DNA of 64,000 nt, from the NCBI GenBank assembly GCA_964291315.2, contig OZ219750.1, forward strand, positions 576,001 to 640,000, written 5' to 3'. This stretch comes from Candidatus Poribacteria bacterium. Lineage in GTDB: Bacteria; Poribacteria; WGA-4E; WGA-3G. Positions 48,154-58,458 of the stretch are shown piece after piece (the stretch's first letter is position 1; the number at the start of each line of letters is the position of its first letter). The position numbers and the translations under genes are program-made. The notes under the pieces are model-generated. The model worked only from the letters and a program-made list of their open reading frames with translations. It ran no database searches and was not told the origin of the DNA.

Positions 48154-48924
48154 CTATGTATCGTCTTCGTTTAATAGTCTTTCCAATTCTGCTAGGATAT
48201 CGTCTTCATCACTATCTGCTTCTGTGACGTCTGTGTCAAATGCTTCCAAATCAGAACGAAATTCTATGAGGTTACTGAGGTAGCGTTCACGTGTAATATT
48301 TTCTGCTTCGCCTTGTTCCTCGCGGAGACATTCGCCGCAAAACTCGCCGATCTGTCGAATCCCCGTGTCTATGTGTTGTAATGCTGCTGCTTTGTCATCT
48401 TCTTGCAGACTTAATTCTGCGTTGGCGATGCTGTGCATCATCAGCATATACCCCTTATATTGATAGCTCTGCCAAGCGATATCAGATGGGGCATATCGGC
48501 GCGCCAAATTTGTTACAGCGATATTAGTAGTGGTATCCCGTTGAACGTCTTTCCATCTTTGAATACTTGCAAATAGGAGATAGCGCGTGTAGCGATGGAA
48601 GGACTCCTCAAAGAGAGTTTGCCATTCCTCTGATTCCAATTGGAATCTTTCCTGAGTGCCATGCTCTTCCTCGTGTGCCTGCAACTTTGCGAAAAAGTAA
48701 TCATAATAGGAAGCCACACCGTGTGGGCGTAGCCCATCAGGACGCCCGGTTGTATAAATGCGAGAGATGGTAAAGGCGTTCGGTTGTACAATGAGGACCT
48801 CCCTACCATCTGCGATTTTCAAGACACTCACGGGGCGTTCTATATCAAGATTCAACGTTTCGAGAACCCGATCGAAGGCTTGAACCCATAGGGTGTTTCT
48901 TTGTATAGAGTCGTTCGTTTCCAT
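48154..48924 (-). CDS. Conserved hypothetical protein
   Basis: TTGRPDGLRPHG motif, recalled from PVC-group hypothetical proteins; acidic tail. Confidence 0.6.
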   Translation of the reverse strand: METNDSIQRNTLWVQAFDRVLETLNLDIERPVSVLKIADGREVLIVQPNAFTISRIYTTGRPDGLRPHGVASYYDYFFAKLQAHEEEHGTQERFQLESEEWQTLFEESFHRYTRYLLFASIQRWKDVQRDTTTNIAVTNLARRYAPSDIAWQSYQYKGYMLMMHSIANAELSLQEDDKAAALQHIDTGIRQIGEFCGECLREEQGEAENITRERYLSNLIEFRSDLEAFDTDVTEADSDEDDILAELERLLNEDDT

Positions 48925-48949
48925 TTTTCTGTCCTTTTTATACTTTTTA

Positions 48950-49035
48950 GTTTCAGTAATCAGTTATCAGTAAGTTATTATGGTAGGTGAGAACGCTGGC
49001 AGCTACCACGCTTTTCACTGATAATTGATAACTAT
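48950..49035. repeat. Heptamer-based inverted-repeat hairpin downstream of carB
   Basis: CAGTAATCAGTTATCAGT ... ACTGATAATTGATAACT. Confidence 0.65.
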
Positions 49036-52000
49036 TAAAGGGTCCGAGAATAATCTTGAAGAGACCTGACAGTGATATCTCCGCGTTGCAGAGCGTCAAT
49101 AGCGTGAACGGCTGCAGCTGCGCCAGGAATAGTTGAGAAGATCGGAATATCGTGTGTTATTGCCATCTCGCGAATTAACAGTTCATTCGAGCGGTGTGAA
49201 TCGCCGCTCGGTGTATTGATAATCATGTCAACAGCGTGATTTTTGATATAATCGTGAATAGTTGGTCTTCCTTTTCCGATGCTAAAGACGAGTTCTGCCT
49301 TCATCCCGCTGCGGAGTAAGACCTTCGCGGTTCCATGTGTAGCGATGAGTTCAAAGCCCATATCTGTGAGTTTCTTAGCGATGAAAATAATTGAACGTTT
49401 GTCTTTGTTTCTAACACTGATGAAGACTTTTCCGCCTAATGGTAGTGTGTAGCCGCAAGCCTTTTGAGCCTTTGCGAACGCACGAGAAAAGTCTGTATCG
49501 ATGCCCATTACCTCTCCCGTGGATTTCATTTCGGGGCCAAGTCGGGTATTCGATCCCGGGAAGCGGTTAAACGGGAAAACCGGTGCCTTGACGCTGAAAT
49601 ATGCCGGTTCAATTTCGCGTGTGAATTCGAGTTCAGTGAGCGTTTTGCCGGCCATCACGCGCGCTGCAAGCTTCGCTAGCGGCACCCCTATTGCTTTGCT
49701 AACAAAAGGAATGGTTCGAGACGCCCGGGGATTTACCTCAAGTACGTAAATTTCATCGTTTTTTATCGCGTATTGGACGTTCATCAAACCGCGCACATGT
49801 AGTGCTTGTGCTAAGGCGTAGGTGAAAGTCTTTAGTTGTCCAATCTGTTCATCTACGAGTGTATACGGTGGCAACACACAATCGCTATCTCCTGAATGAA
49901 TACCTGCTTCTTCAATGTGCTCCATGATACCGCCGATGACGGTGAGATTTCCGTCAGATATAGCATCAACGTCTACTTCGATTGCTTCTTCAAGGTATTT
50001 ATCGATCAGTACCGGATGTTCAGGTGAGGCTTGGACAGCAGAGTGCATATATTCGTGCAGGAGTTCTTCATCGTAAACAATTTGCATTGCACGTCCGCCT
50101 AAGACATAAGAAGGACGGACAATAACCGGATAACCGAGCGTGGCGGCAATCGGGGCAGCTTCCTCGCTTGATGTCGCTGTGCCGTTAGGCGGTTGCATTA
50201 GTCCGATTTCATCTAGCACCGCTTTGAAAAGTTTCCTGTCCTCAGAACGAGCAATGTCTTCAGGACTCGTGCCAATTATAGGGACACCTGCCTCTTTGAG
50301 CTCGATGGCGAGATTTAAAGGAGTCTGCCCACCAAACTGAACAATGACACCGAGGGGCTTCTCCTTGTGGTAAATGTTTAGAACGTCTTCGCACGTCAAC
50401 GGCTCAAAATAGAGGCGGTCAGAAGTGTCATAATCCGTGCTGACAGTTTCCGGGTTACTGTTTACCATAATGGTTTCGTAACCGTCGGTCTTGAGGGCAA
50501 GTGCGGCATGGACACAGCAGTAGTCGAATTCGATGCCTTGTCCGATGCGGTTCGGTCCTCCGCCGAGGATCATAATTTTCGGTTCATCAGACCGACGTAT
50601 CTCATCTTCGCTCGAATAGGTAGAATAGTAGTAAGGTGTTTCCGCCTCAAACTCAGCGGCGCAAGTGTCAACTGTTTTGAAAGTGGCTTCAATACCGAGA
50701 TCTTCTCGGCATTTACGGATAGTTTCATCAGATACATCGTAGATGGCCCCTAGCTGGCGATCAGAAAACCCGAATTGTTTTGCTTGTTGCAAGAGGTGCT
50801 TTGTTGGCCCGCTGCCTGATCCACCGTTCTGTGGTGCCTGATTTGAAACAGCGCTTTGCAAATGCTGCTTTACACATTGTTGGGCATCAGCTTGGGACAA
50901 AGTCTGCTCAAAATCAACGATTTCCTTCAGGTTGTAGAGGAAAAACGGGTCTATGTGTGTGTAGGCATTAATTTCTTCAATGCTCATGCCACGAGTGAGT
51001 GCTGCCTTGATGTAAAAGATACGCTGCACGTTTGGAATGCTCAGTTTACTCGGAAGTTCGGACAACGGAAGTTCATCTAGCGGATGATTATCCAAGCCGG
51101 TCCAACCTGTTTCCAATGAACGTAATCCTTTCTGTAGTGCCTCTTTAAAAGTTCTACCGATTGCCATTGCTTCGCCGACCGATTTCATTTGTGTTGTGAG
51201 CGTTGCGTCGGTACCTTGGAATTTTTCAAATGCCCAGCGGGGAATCTTGACAACAACGTAATCTATTGTAGGTTCGAAACATGCAGGCGTTTCAGCCGTA
51301 ATGTCGTTCGGGATTTCGTCTAAATTGTAGCCGACAGCCAATTTTGCGGCGATTTTAGCGATCGGAAATCCGGTGGCTTTTGAGGCGAGGGCAGAACTCC
51401 TTGAGACACGCGGGTTCATTTCAATAATAACTTGTTTACCTGTTTTAGGATCAACAGCAAATTGGATATTCGAGCCTCCTGTGTCAACACCGATTTCGCG
51501 GATAATTTTAATCGCCGAATCCCGCATTAATTGATATTCTTTGTCTGTTAATGTTTGAACGGGGGCTACGGTAATGCTATCACCGGTGTGGATTCCCATA
51601 GGATCGACATTTTCAATTGAACATATTATGACGACGTTATCCGCGCCGTCTCGCATCACTTCCAGTTCAAATTCCTTCCACCCAATAACCGATTCTTCGA
51701 TAAGCAATTCATTGATTGGGCTTAGGGTGAGGCCTGCTGTGACCATTTTTTCGTATTCTTCAATATTATAAGCAATTCCACCGCCAGTCCCTCCGAGGGT
51801 AAATGCTGGCCGGATGATTGCCGGGAAGCCAATTTGTCTGACCAGGTCCATTGCTTCTTGCACGCAGTGCGCGATGCCACTCTGAGGCACCGCCAATCCA
51901 ATTTCTAGCATTGCCTCTTTGAAAAGAGCGCGGTTCTCTGCTTTTTGGATAGCTGGTAGCTTGGCACCGATGAGTTCAACCCCGCACTTATCTAATACGC

Positions 52001-52316
52001 CGGATTCTGCAAGTTCAACAGACACGTTCAAAGCGGTTTGCCCACCGAGCGTTGGTAATAATGCTTGTGGGCGTTCTTTAGCGATGATGAGTTCTACTGT
52101 GTCTGCTGTAATCGGCTCAATATATGTCTGATCAGCAAAATCCGGATCGGTCATGATAGTAGCCGGGTTACTATTGACGAGGGTAACCTCATACCCCTCC
52201 TCTTTAAGTGCTTTACATGCTTGCGTTCCGGAGTAGTCAAACTCACACGCTTGGCCAATAATGATTGCACCAGATCCGATAATTAAGATCTTTTCTATGT
52301 CTGTTCGCTTTGGCAT
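49035..52316 (-). CDS. carB: Carbamoyl-phosphate synthase large subunit
   Basis: [19 protein letters not shown], two ATP-grasp halves, MGS domain. Confidence 0.98.
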   Translation of the reverse strand: MPKRTDIEKILIIGSGAIIIGQACEFDYSGTQACKALKEEGYEVTLVNSNPATIMTDPDFADQTYIEPITADTVELIIAKERPQALLPTLGGQTALNVSVELAESGVLDKCGVELIGAKLPAIQKAENRALFKEAMLEIGLAVPQSGIAHCVQEAMDLVRQIGFPAIIRPAFTLGGTGGGIAYNIEEYEKMVTAGLTLSPINELLIEESVIGWKEFELEVMRDGADNVVIICSIENVDPMGIHTGDSITVAPVQTLTDKEYQLMRDSAIKIIREIGVDTGGSNIQFAVDPKTGKQVIIEMNPRVSRSSALASKATGFPIAKIAAKLAVGYNLDEIPNDITAETPACFEPTIDYVVVKIPRWAFEKFQGTDATLTTQMKSVGEAMAIGRTFKEALQKGLRSLETGWTGLDNHPLDELPLSELPSKLSIPNVQRIFYIKAALTRGMSIEEINAYTHIDPFFLYNLKEIVDFEQTLSQADAQQCVKQHLQSAVSNQAPQNGGSGSGPTKHLLQQAKQFGFSDRQLGAIYDVSDETIRKCREDLGIEATFKTVDTCAAEFEAETPYYYSTYSSEDEIRRSDEPKIMILGGGPNRIGQGIEFDYCCVHAALALKTDGYETIMVNSNPETVSTDYDTSDRLYFEPLTCEDVLNIYHKEKPLGVIVQFGGQTPLNLAIELKEAGVPIIGTSPEDIARSEDRKLFKAVLDEIGLMQPPNGTATSSEEAAPIAATLGYPVIVRPSYVLGGRAMQIVYDEELLHEYMHSAVQASPEHPVLIDKYLEEAIEVDVDAISDGNLTVIGGIMEHIEEAGIHSGDSDCVLPPYTLVDEQIGQLKTFTYALAQALHVRGLMNVQYAIKNDEIYVLEVNPRASRTIPFVSKAIGVPLAKLAARVMAGKTLTELEFTREIEPAYFSVKAPVFPFNRFPGSNTRLGPEMKSTGEVMGIDTDFSRAFAKAQKACGYTLPLGGKVFISVRNKDKRSIIFIAKKLTDMGFELIATHGTAKVLLRSGMKAELVFSIGKGRPTIHDYIKNHAVDMIINTPSGDSHRSNELLIREMAITHDIPIFSTIPGAAAAVHAIDALQRGDITVRSLQDYSRTL

Positions 52317-52389
52317 GATTAATTTCGGCTATCGTTTATGAGCTCTCAATTAAATAAGAAATTTTTCGTTTCAAAGATGCTAGTCGTAA

Positions 52390-53490
52390 CTACTGACGCT
52401 TTTCCGCCTCTATCATTTCTGTAAAGCGCGAAAAGAGATAACTTGCATCGTGGGGCCCTGGAGATGCCTCCGGATGATACTGCACAGAAAAAATTGGATA
52501 CTCCCGGTGTTGTATCCCTTCTAGTGTGTTATCATTTAAGTTCACATGGGTAATGTCAACATTATTCGGTAGCGAGTCAATGTCGACACAGAATCCGTGG
52601 TTCTGTGAAGTAATTTCGACCCGGTCGGTTTCGAGATGTTTGACGGGTTGATTCGCCCCGCGATGTCCGAACTTCAGTTTGAACGTTTTCCCACCGAGGG
52701 CAAGCCCTAAAAGTTGGTGCCCCAAACAGATGCCGAAAAGCGGTTTTTTGCCTACCAAACCTCTTATTGTCTCTATTGCGTACTTGACTGGCATCGGATC
52801 GCCCGGACCATTTGATAAAAGGACTCCATCTGGCTCCGCATCGAGAATCTCTTCAGCGGTTGTTTGTGCTGGCACGACTTGAACTTGGCATCTGTGTTCT
52901 GTGAGTTGACGTAAGATGTTATATTTAATACCGAAGTCGAGAGCTACTACACGGTATTTAGCGTTGCCTCTGTTTTTTTCTTGGTGCTGCCAGGCGTAGG
53001 CATTCGGACATGTCACACGTTGGACTAAATCCCAACCAACTAAGCCGTGCCATGCTTTGGCTTTCGCGACAAGGGACTCGGGATTCAAATTTTCTGTAGA
53101 GAGGCATCCGTTCATAACACCGCGCACCCGAAGACGGCGGGCGAGTGCCCGGGTATCAATTCCTTGGATGCCGATGATGCCGTGCTCGGCAAGATAGGTG
53201 TCTAAGCTCCATTGTGACCGCCAATTGCTATGGTATGCGCTGTATTCACGGACCGAAAACCCCTCGAGCTGTGGGCCCATGGATTCAACATCTCCTTCAT
53301 TGCAGCCGTAATTACCGATCAACGGATATGTCATTGTAACGATTTGCCCATTATAGGAGGGGTCGGTCAAAACTTCCTGATACCCCGTCATGCTGGTGTT
53401 AAAGACAACCTCGCCAACTGTTTCCCCGGTTCCCCCGAATTGTTCACCTTCAAAAACTGTTCCGTCGGCTAATGCTAGAATCGCTTTCAT
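52390..53490 (-). CDS. carA: Carbamoyl-phosphate synthase small subunit
   Basis: GEVVFNTSMTGYQE, SNGPGDP, GICLGHQ, QYHPEASPGP. Confidence 0.98.
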   Translation of the reverse strand: MKAILALADGTVFEGEQFGGTGETVGEVVFNTSMTGYQEVLTDPSYNGQIVTMTYPLIGNYGCNEGDVESMGPQLEGFSVREYSAYHSNWRSQWSLDTYLAEHGIIGIQGIDTRALARRLRVRGVMNGCLSTENLNPESLVAKAKAWHGLVGWDLVQRVTCPNAYAWQHQEKNRGNAKYRVVALDFGIKYNILRQLTEHRCQVQVVPAQTTAEEILDAEPDGVLLSNGPGDPMPVKYAIETIRGLVGKKPLFGICLGHQLLGLALGGKTFKLKFGHRGANQPVKHLETDRVEITSQNHGFCVDIDSLPNNVDITHVNLNDNTLEGIQHREYPIFSVQYHPEASPGPHDASYLFSRFTEMIEAEKRQ

Positions 53491-54857
53491 ATTTTTCCCC
53501 CTTCCCGGAGTGTAATTGTCTGCCAGCCTTTAACTTCCCACCCCGCAAACGGAGTGTTTCGACTTTTTGATCGAGATTTTGTTATGTCAATTTGATTAAT
53601 CGAATCAATATTGATGACGGTGACATCTCCGGCTGCACCGACGGACAGTGTCCCGCGGTTGATACCGAGTATATTTGCTGGAATTGAGGTCATTTTTGCG
53701 ATTGCTTCTCTCAATGTAAGATGTCCCGGCTGGACCAGGTACGTAAATACAAGCGGTAGGCATGTCTCCAAGCCAATAATTCCGTTCGGAGCCTCAAGCA
53801 TGCCTTGTGCTTTTTCAAAAGGTGCATGGGGTGCATGGTCGGTTGCAATTGCATCAATTGTCCCGTCGCGCAACCCCTCAATAATCGCATCTATATCTGC
53901 CTTTGTGCGTAGCGGCGGATGCATTTTTGCATTTGTTCCGTGCTTTTCTACCTCTACATCGGTAAGAAGCCAGTGGTGCGGACACGCCTCGGCAGTTACA
54001 TGAACGCCTCGTTCTTTGGCTTGCCGTATTAACTCAACCGCACCCGTTGTGCTGACATGGAGCACATGAAGGTGCCCGCCAGTCATCCCTGCTAGCAGAA
54101 TATCGCGTGCGACGATAATGTCCTCCGCCGCATTTGGACTACCGGTAAGCCCTAATTTTCGCGAAGTTTCCCCCAAATTCATGACAGCGCCGGCGTTGAG
54201 GTTATGTTCTTCACAGTGAACCATAATCGGGAAACCGAGTTCTGCGCTCAGGGCGAGTGCGTCGCGCATAAGTGCGGCATCCATGACTGTGATGCCGTCG
54301 TCACTAAAACCGACTGCTCCAGCGGAATGCATGCCACGCATATCGGTGAGTTCATTGCCGGCAAGATCCTTGGTGATACTACCAAAAGGGAATACGTTGG
54401 TGCTTGCAGTTTCTCTAGCGATATCATAAATTTCTTCAACCCTTTCAGGGGTGTCTATCACCGGGGACGTATTCGCCATACAAGCGACCGATGTGAATCC
54501 ACCTGCTGCTGCCGCAGCCGTACCGGTGCCGATCGTTTCTTTATGCTCAAACCCCGGTTCACGAAGGTGAACATGCATGTCAATTAAACCCGGGGCAACA
54601 ATCAAACCCGTTGCATCGTAGACATCAGAGTAGTTCTCGGTTTTCGGTTCTCGATTCTCAGATCTTATAGGAGGGATTTGTGGCCCCACATACTTTCTGT
54701 CCACAAAGTTCTTTTGCTGGTTGCTCCCCGCAGATTGCTGCTTGTTGTTAACATTGACTCGGGCAATTCTGCCATCAACGATAACGAGATCGCCGTTTCC
54801 GTTAATGTTATTAGCTGGATCGATGATATGCCCGTTAGCAATAACTGCGTTGTTCAT
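53487..54857 (-). CDS. pyrC: Dihydroorotase (type I)
   Basis: DMHVHLREPG, AGGFT, HCEE, ATDHAPH, SRNTPF. Confidence 0.95.
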   Translation of the reverse strand: MNNAVIANGHIIDPANNINGNGDLVIVDGRIARVNVNNKQQSAGSNQQKNFVDRKYVGPQIPPIRSENREPKTENYSDVYDATGLIVAPGLIDMHVHLREPGFEHKETIGTGTAAAAAGGFTSVACMANTSPVIDTPERVEEIYDIARETASTNVFPFGSITKDLAGNELTDMRGMHSAGAVGFSDDGITVMDAALMRDALALSAELGFPIMVHCEEHNLNAGAVMNLGETSRKLGLTGSPNAAEDIIVARDILLAGMTGGHLHVLHVSTTGAVELIRQAKERGVHVTAEACPHHWLLTDVEVEKHGTNAKMHPPLRTKADIDAIIEGLRDGTIDAIATDHAPHAPFEKAQGMLEAPNGIIGLETCLPLVFTYLVQPGHLTLREAIAKMTSIPANILGINRGTLSVGAAGDVTVINIDSINQIDITKSRSKSRNTPFAGWEVKGWQTITLREGGKI

Positions 54858-55408
54858 TCATCCTCTCTTTCGTAAATGATTGCTGCGTCTATTCCACGAT
54901 CGTCGGCGAGCTGCACTCGAACAAATTCTTTGCGGGATGTCGGAACATTTTTGCCGACATAGTCAGCAGCAATTGGCAATTCGCGATGGCCTCTGTCAAT
55001 CAGGGTAGCTAGTTGGATTGCTGCGGGTCTACCGAAATCCATTAGAGCATCCATTGCGGCGCGGACTGTGCGGCCTGTATAGAGAACCTCGTCTACCAAG
55101 ATGACCCATTTTCCGGTAATATCAAAAGAAATCTCGGTGCTGTTAACTTGGATTTGGTTCTCATACAGATTAATATCATCACGGTAGAGCGTGACATCAA
55201 TGGCACCGACAGCAACGTCAATGTTTTCGATGCATTCAAGATTTTCAGCAATGCGGTGGGCGATAATATCGCCTCGACTTTTAACGCCGACGAGCACAAG
55301 ATCACCGATCCGCTTATGGTTCTGCTCTAAAATTTCGTGAGCGATTCTGAGTAAAGCGCGACGAATTTCCTCAGCATTCATAACTTGAGCTTTTTCGCGC
55401 ATTTCCAT
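54854..55408 (-). CDS. pyrR: Pyrimidine operon attenuation protein/UPRTase
   Basis: RIAHEILE, DVTLYRDD, LYTGRTVRAA, DRGHRELPI. Confidence 0.96.
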   Translation of the reverse strand: MEMREKAQVMNAEEIRRALLRIAHEILEQNHKRIGDLVLVGVKSRGDIIAHRIAENLECIENIDVAVGAIDVTLYRDDINLYENQIQVNSTEISFDITGKWVILVDEVLYTGRTVRAAMDALMDFGRPAAIQLATLIDRGHRELPIAADYVGKNVPTSRKEFVRVQLADDRGIDAAIIYEREDE

Positions 55409-55449
55409 TTGTTCATCCTATATCAATGTATGGCGTTGCCGATATAAAC

Positions 55450-55485
55450 AAAAAACCTCTCCCGTCTAATGTAACGAGAAAGGCT
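55450..55485 (-). terminator. Attenuator terminator in the pyr leader
   Basis: Minus strand AGCCTTTCTCGT-loop-ACGGGAGAGGTTTTTT. Confidence 0.85.
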
Positions 55486-55536
55486 GCATCTAGTCTATTT
55501 CAATTTATAATTTTGATTCAAATTGTGATCTTGCAT

Positions 55537-55571
55537 CCTTTTTTCAACCTCTCTGGATTGGATTAAAAAAG
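55537..55571 (-). promoter_or_regulatory. PyrR-binding RNA element
   Basis: Minus strand TTTAATCCAATCCAGAGAGGTTGAAAAAAGG matches the UUUAA...ARUCCNGNGAGGYU consensus. Confidence 0.88.
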
Positions 55572-55805
55572 ATTCCTTGATGTTATCAAGCTACTTTCAT
55601 ATATTATACCATATTCATCTTTTAATTACAAATTTTTATCTTTATCAGGATCTCTAAGATAGACCATGACGAGAAACATTTTTGTACTAAAATTGAGATA
55701 ACGAGCCGCTGCTACCAGATGCACGATTTTATCTGTAGAGTCGTAGGTGTTTCAAACGCTCCATAAACTGCGGTTAATTTATGTGTTTCATGGATTGACA
55801 TCAAA

Positions 55806-56588
55806 TTAATTTTCTTGTATGGCACTGATTTCATCTTCTGAAATTTTATGGACGCTTTTCGGGTTAAATGTCTGCGTTGTGTCAAAGCGCAATGCGACCT
55901 CAATCCTGCCGCCTGTCAATACAAAGAACTGAATCAGAAAACCGCCTCCCTGCATCGACTCTACCTGATATTCTTCTTCATCAAGGTTTTCCAACCATGT
56001 CGGTAGAGCCTCTTCAAATTTCGGGTGCGCGACGACGTTCTCTGGCAGCGCTATAATCAAAGTGCCAGGAGCCTGGCCGATTGCCTCCCCGATAACTTGG
56101 CGTTTTTCCACCATGAAGGGCACAACGCGGTTCGCATATTCAAAGTCATCAGCCGTCGTTCGTTCAGGCGGCACAAGTCCCCAGGTCAGATGATGGATAA
56201 ACGGGTTCCCATATCCTTGGCTAAGCATATGTTGTAGTGCTAGTTTGTCAATAGGATGTACAACAGCAACGTAGTCAAACCATCCTTCGCTGCGGGCAGA
56301 ACTAGCCGCTGTCAATTGTGCAGAGACATTGATATAATCGTAACCATCAACAGGGGATGGATAACACCGCGCATCCCATCCGTTGACGTAACCGAGTCGT
56401 TTTAGACCCTCTGCCACAAGGTGCGGTGGATCACAGAAAATCGCAGCGTGATCCATATTGGCGTGAAGCTTTACACCGGCTCCTATGACGCTTTCTGCAA
56501 CCGCAGTCGCTTCTTCGAAGCGGATATCTGCGTTTTCAATGCTCAAATAATCAGAAAAATTTGTTGGTAATGCGATCAAGTTTTCCAT
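55806..56588 (-). CDS. Hypothetical protein, possibly VOC-like metalloprotein
   Basis: Long ORF; MDHAAI, IHHLTW, LIQFF...RIEV spacing. Confidence 0.6.
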   Translation of the reverse strand: MENLIALPTNFSDYLSIENADIRFEEATAVAESVIGAGVKLHANMDHAAIFCDPPHLVAEGLKRLGYVNGWDARCYPSPVDGYDYINVSAQLTAASSARSEGWFDYVAVVHPIDKLALQHMLSQGYGNPFIHHLTWGLVPPERTTADDFEYANRVVPFMVEKRQVIGEAIGQAPGTLIIALPENVVAHPKFEEALPTWLENLDEEEYQVESMQGGGFLIQFFVLTGGRIEVALRFDTTQTFNPKSVHKISEDEISAIQEN

Positions 56589-56914
56589 TTTTTCTCATTC
56601 ATGTAAGTTTCATAAAAGAGTTAGAATTTAGGGCAGCGGGGTTCCGCGCTATTTTGCAGAAGTTCAGAGTCGTTCGGGGCCGGTTTATGCTCTGACAACT
56701 GCACGCTGGCAACGGTGCGTATCTATTGACTTCGCAGTTCCTAAAGTTCCGATCCTGCAAGTGTTCCAACTGTGTCTGACTTTTCAGCAGATCGATCCGT
56801 GTTTCAATCAGCATCCGTTTCCTTCCCATTCTCACACCGGAGCCTGTGATACTCATGGCAATTATTCCCTCCCACCACTGGGTGCGACCTCATTTTTCTC
56901 CACACCAAAACTAT

Positions 56915-56946
56915 ATAAAAAACCCGGTGGCCTAGATTGCCGAGTT
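56915..56946 (-). terminator. Probable intrinsic terminator after the small lipoprotein
   Basis: Minus strand AACTCGG...CCGGGTT followed by a T-run. Confidence 0.55.
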
Positions 56947-56949
56947 AGT

Positions 56950-56969
56950 TAAAAGAACTAAGATTTCGG
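56950..56969. repeat. 20-nt dispersed direct repeat, copy 2
   Basis: TAAAAGAACTAAGATTTCGG, identical to 41522-41541. Confidence 0.9.
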
Positions 56970-56975
56970 GAGCCA

Positions 56976-57152
56976 TTAACTGTTAAAATGCGTTACCGAA
57001 ACTACTGCTACCGGCATAGCCGGTGCAGCAGACACCTCAGGTTCTTCAACTGAAGGTTGTAGTATCTGTGCATCTTGACCACACCCAAAGAGGCCGCCGA
57101 GGGTCAGCAAGGCGATTAACAGTATCGTTGCGGTTATATAGATGTTTTTCAT
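56976..57152 (-). CDS. Small lipoprotein, 58 aa (or truncated lipoprotein gene), absent from the ORF track
   Basis: AAGGAG RBS; MKNIYITATILLIALLTLGGLFGC lipobox then GQDAQILQPSVEEPEVSAAPAMPVAVVSVTHFNS. Confidence 0.7.
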   Translation of the reverse strand: MKNIYITATILLIALLTLGGLFGCGQDAQILQPSVEEPEVSAAPAMPVAVVSVTHFNS

Positions 57153-57255
57153 GTGAATTTCTCCTTCTATTTAGATTTTGCTATTGTAGGAACAAGCTCA
57201 CGGGGTGTGCCTCCCTCATATTATCACCAATTTTTCATTTTTTTTAATTTTAGCA

Positions 57256-57285
57256 ATTTTACACGAATAGACCTTATGGTGTCAA
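57256..57285 (-). promoter_or_regulatory. Sigma70-type promoter of the small lipoprotein
   Basis: Minus strand TTGACA-18 nt-TAAAAT. Confidence 0.6.
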
Positions 57286-57549
57286 GCGAAAAATCAAAGG
57301 TATTGGCACGGAGCCTGAAATAGATGGCAGTTTTTAGCCATGCTACATTATACCGTGAGTTTGAAAAAAGAGTTAGAGATAAAAAAACAGGAACCCCGTG
57401 GGGGATGGCTTGCAATTCAAAACCTGCTGTTAAAAGTTGTTGAAAAAAGTGTGTATCTCTGCTAATGTTAATATGGACTTGCTTTAGGGTGCAGCCTGCA
57501 AGCCCATATTCAAAAGGGTCACCTATACTTCAAAACAGAGGAGCAATTT

Positions 57550-58338
57550 ATGAGAAGAAACACCTTCCGAGAACTGTTAACTGCTGACAAACCTACTGTT
57601 GGCACGCATATCCATACTACCTGGCCCTCCATCGTTGAAGCGATTGGGCACACTGGGATGTACGATTATGTCGAATTTGTGGGCGAATACGGCCCGTTTG
57701 ATCTGCACGATCTCGATAATTTGTGCCGAGCAGCTGAACTTCACAATATCTCCACAATGATTAAAGTTGACCAGGAGCCACGCGGCTTCATCGCACAACG
57801 CGCAATTGGCTCTGGTTTCCAGAGCGTTCTTTACGCAGACTGTCAGAATGTCAAAGATGTCGAGGAATGCGTTCGTATTACCCGTGCCGATACCCCTGAA
57901 GATGGTGGCAGTTACGGTGTGGCGACCCGCCGTTTCTCCTATATGGGGTACGGCGGCGGTCCAGAATACGTCCAGGCGCTCCGTGATGTCGTTGTTGTTA
58001 TTATGATAGAAAAGAGAGGCACTGTTGAACACCTTGAGGAGGTCTTGTCTGTTGAAGGCGTTGATATGATTCAATGGGGCGGTTCAGATTATTCTATGAG
58101 TGTTGGAATGGTTGGTCAGCGCGGGGATCCTGAAATCCGTGAGGTACAAGATAAGGTGTTTAAAACCGCAATAAAGATGGGCGTACCGCCGCGTGCTGAA
58201 ATTGGAAGTGCCGATGACGCGAAACGCTATCTTGACATGGGGGTACGACATTTTTGCATCGGCACGGATATCTCTATTCTCTACAGTTGGTGGCGAGAGC
58301 ATGGTGGCGGGTTACGGAAGGCTATTGAGGGACACTAG
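57550..58338 (+). CDS. HpcH/HpaI aldolase family protein
   Basis: YDYVEFVGEY, VIMIE, GVDMIQWGGSDYSMS. Confidence 0.85.
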   Translation: MRRNTFRELLTADKPTVGTHIHTTWPSIVEAIGHTGMYDYVEFVGEYGPFDLHDLDNLCRAAELHNISTMIKVDQEPRGFIAQRAIGSGFQSVLYADCQNVKDVEECVRITRADTPEDGGSYGVATRRFSYMGYGGGPEYVQALRDVVVVIMIEKRGTVEHLEEVLSVEGVDMIQWGGSDYSMSVGMVGQRGDPEIREVQDKVFKTAIKMGVPPRAEIGSADDAKRYLDMGVRHFCIGTDISILYSWWREHGGGLRKAIEGH

Positions 58339-58360
58339 AAACCTTATTAGTTCGGATCAA

Positions 58361-58387
58361 CGCCGAGTGCACGGGTTGCACTCGGCG
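58361..58387. terminator. Perfect 11-bp hairpin between convergent genes
   Basis: CGCCGAGTGCA-cgggt-TGCACTCGGCG. Confidence 0.7.
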
Positions 58388-58458
58388 GGTTCTCATTTAA
58401 AAGAGTACTCTCGTTCAATAACCGTATCTCTTAATTAACCAACGGTAACTCACACCTA

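Noticed and set aside
57303-57319. TTGGCACG possible sigma54 -24 box
   Set aside because: The -12 element is CTGAA rather than TTGC; too weak
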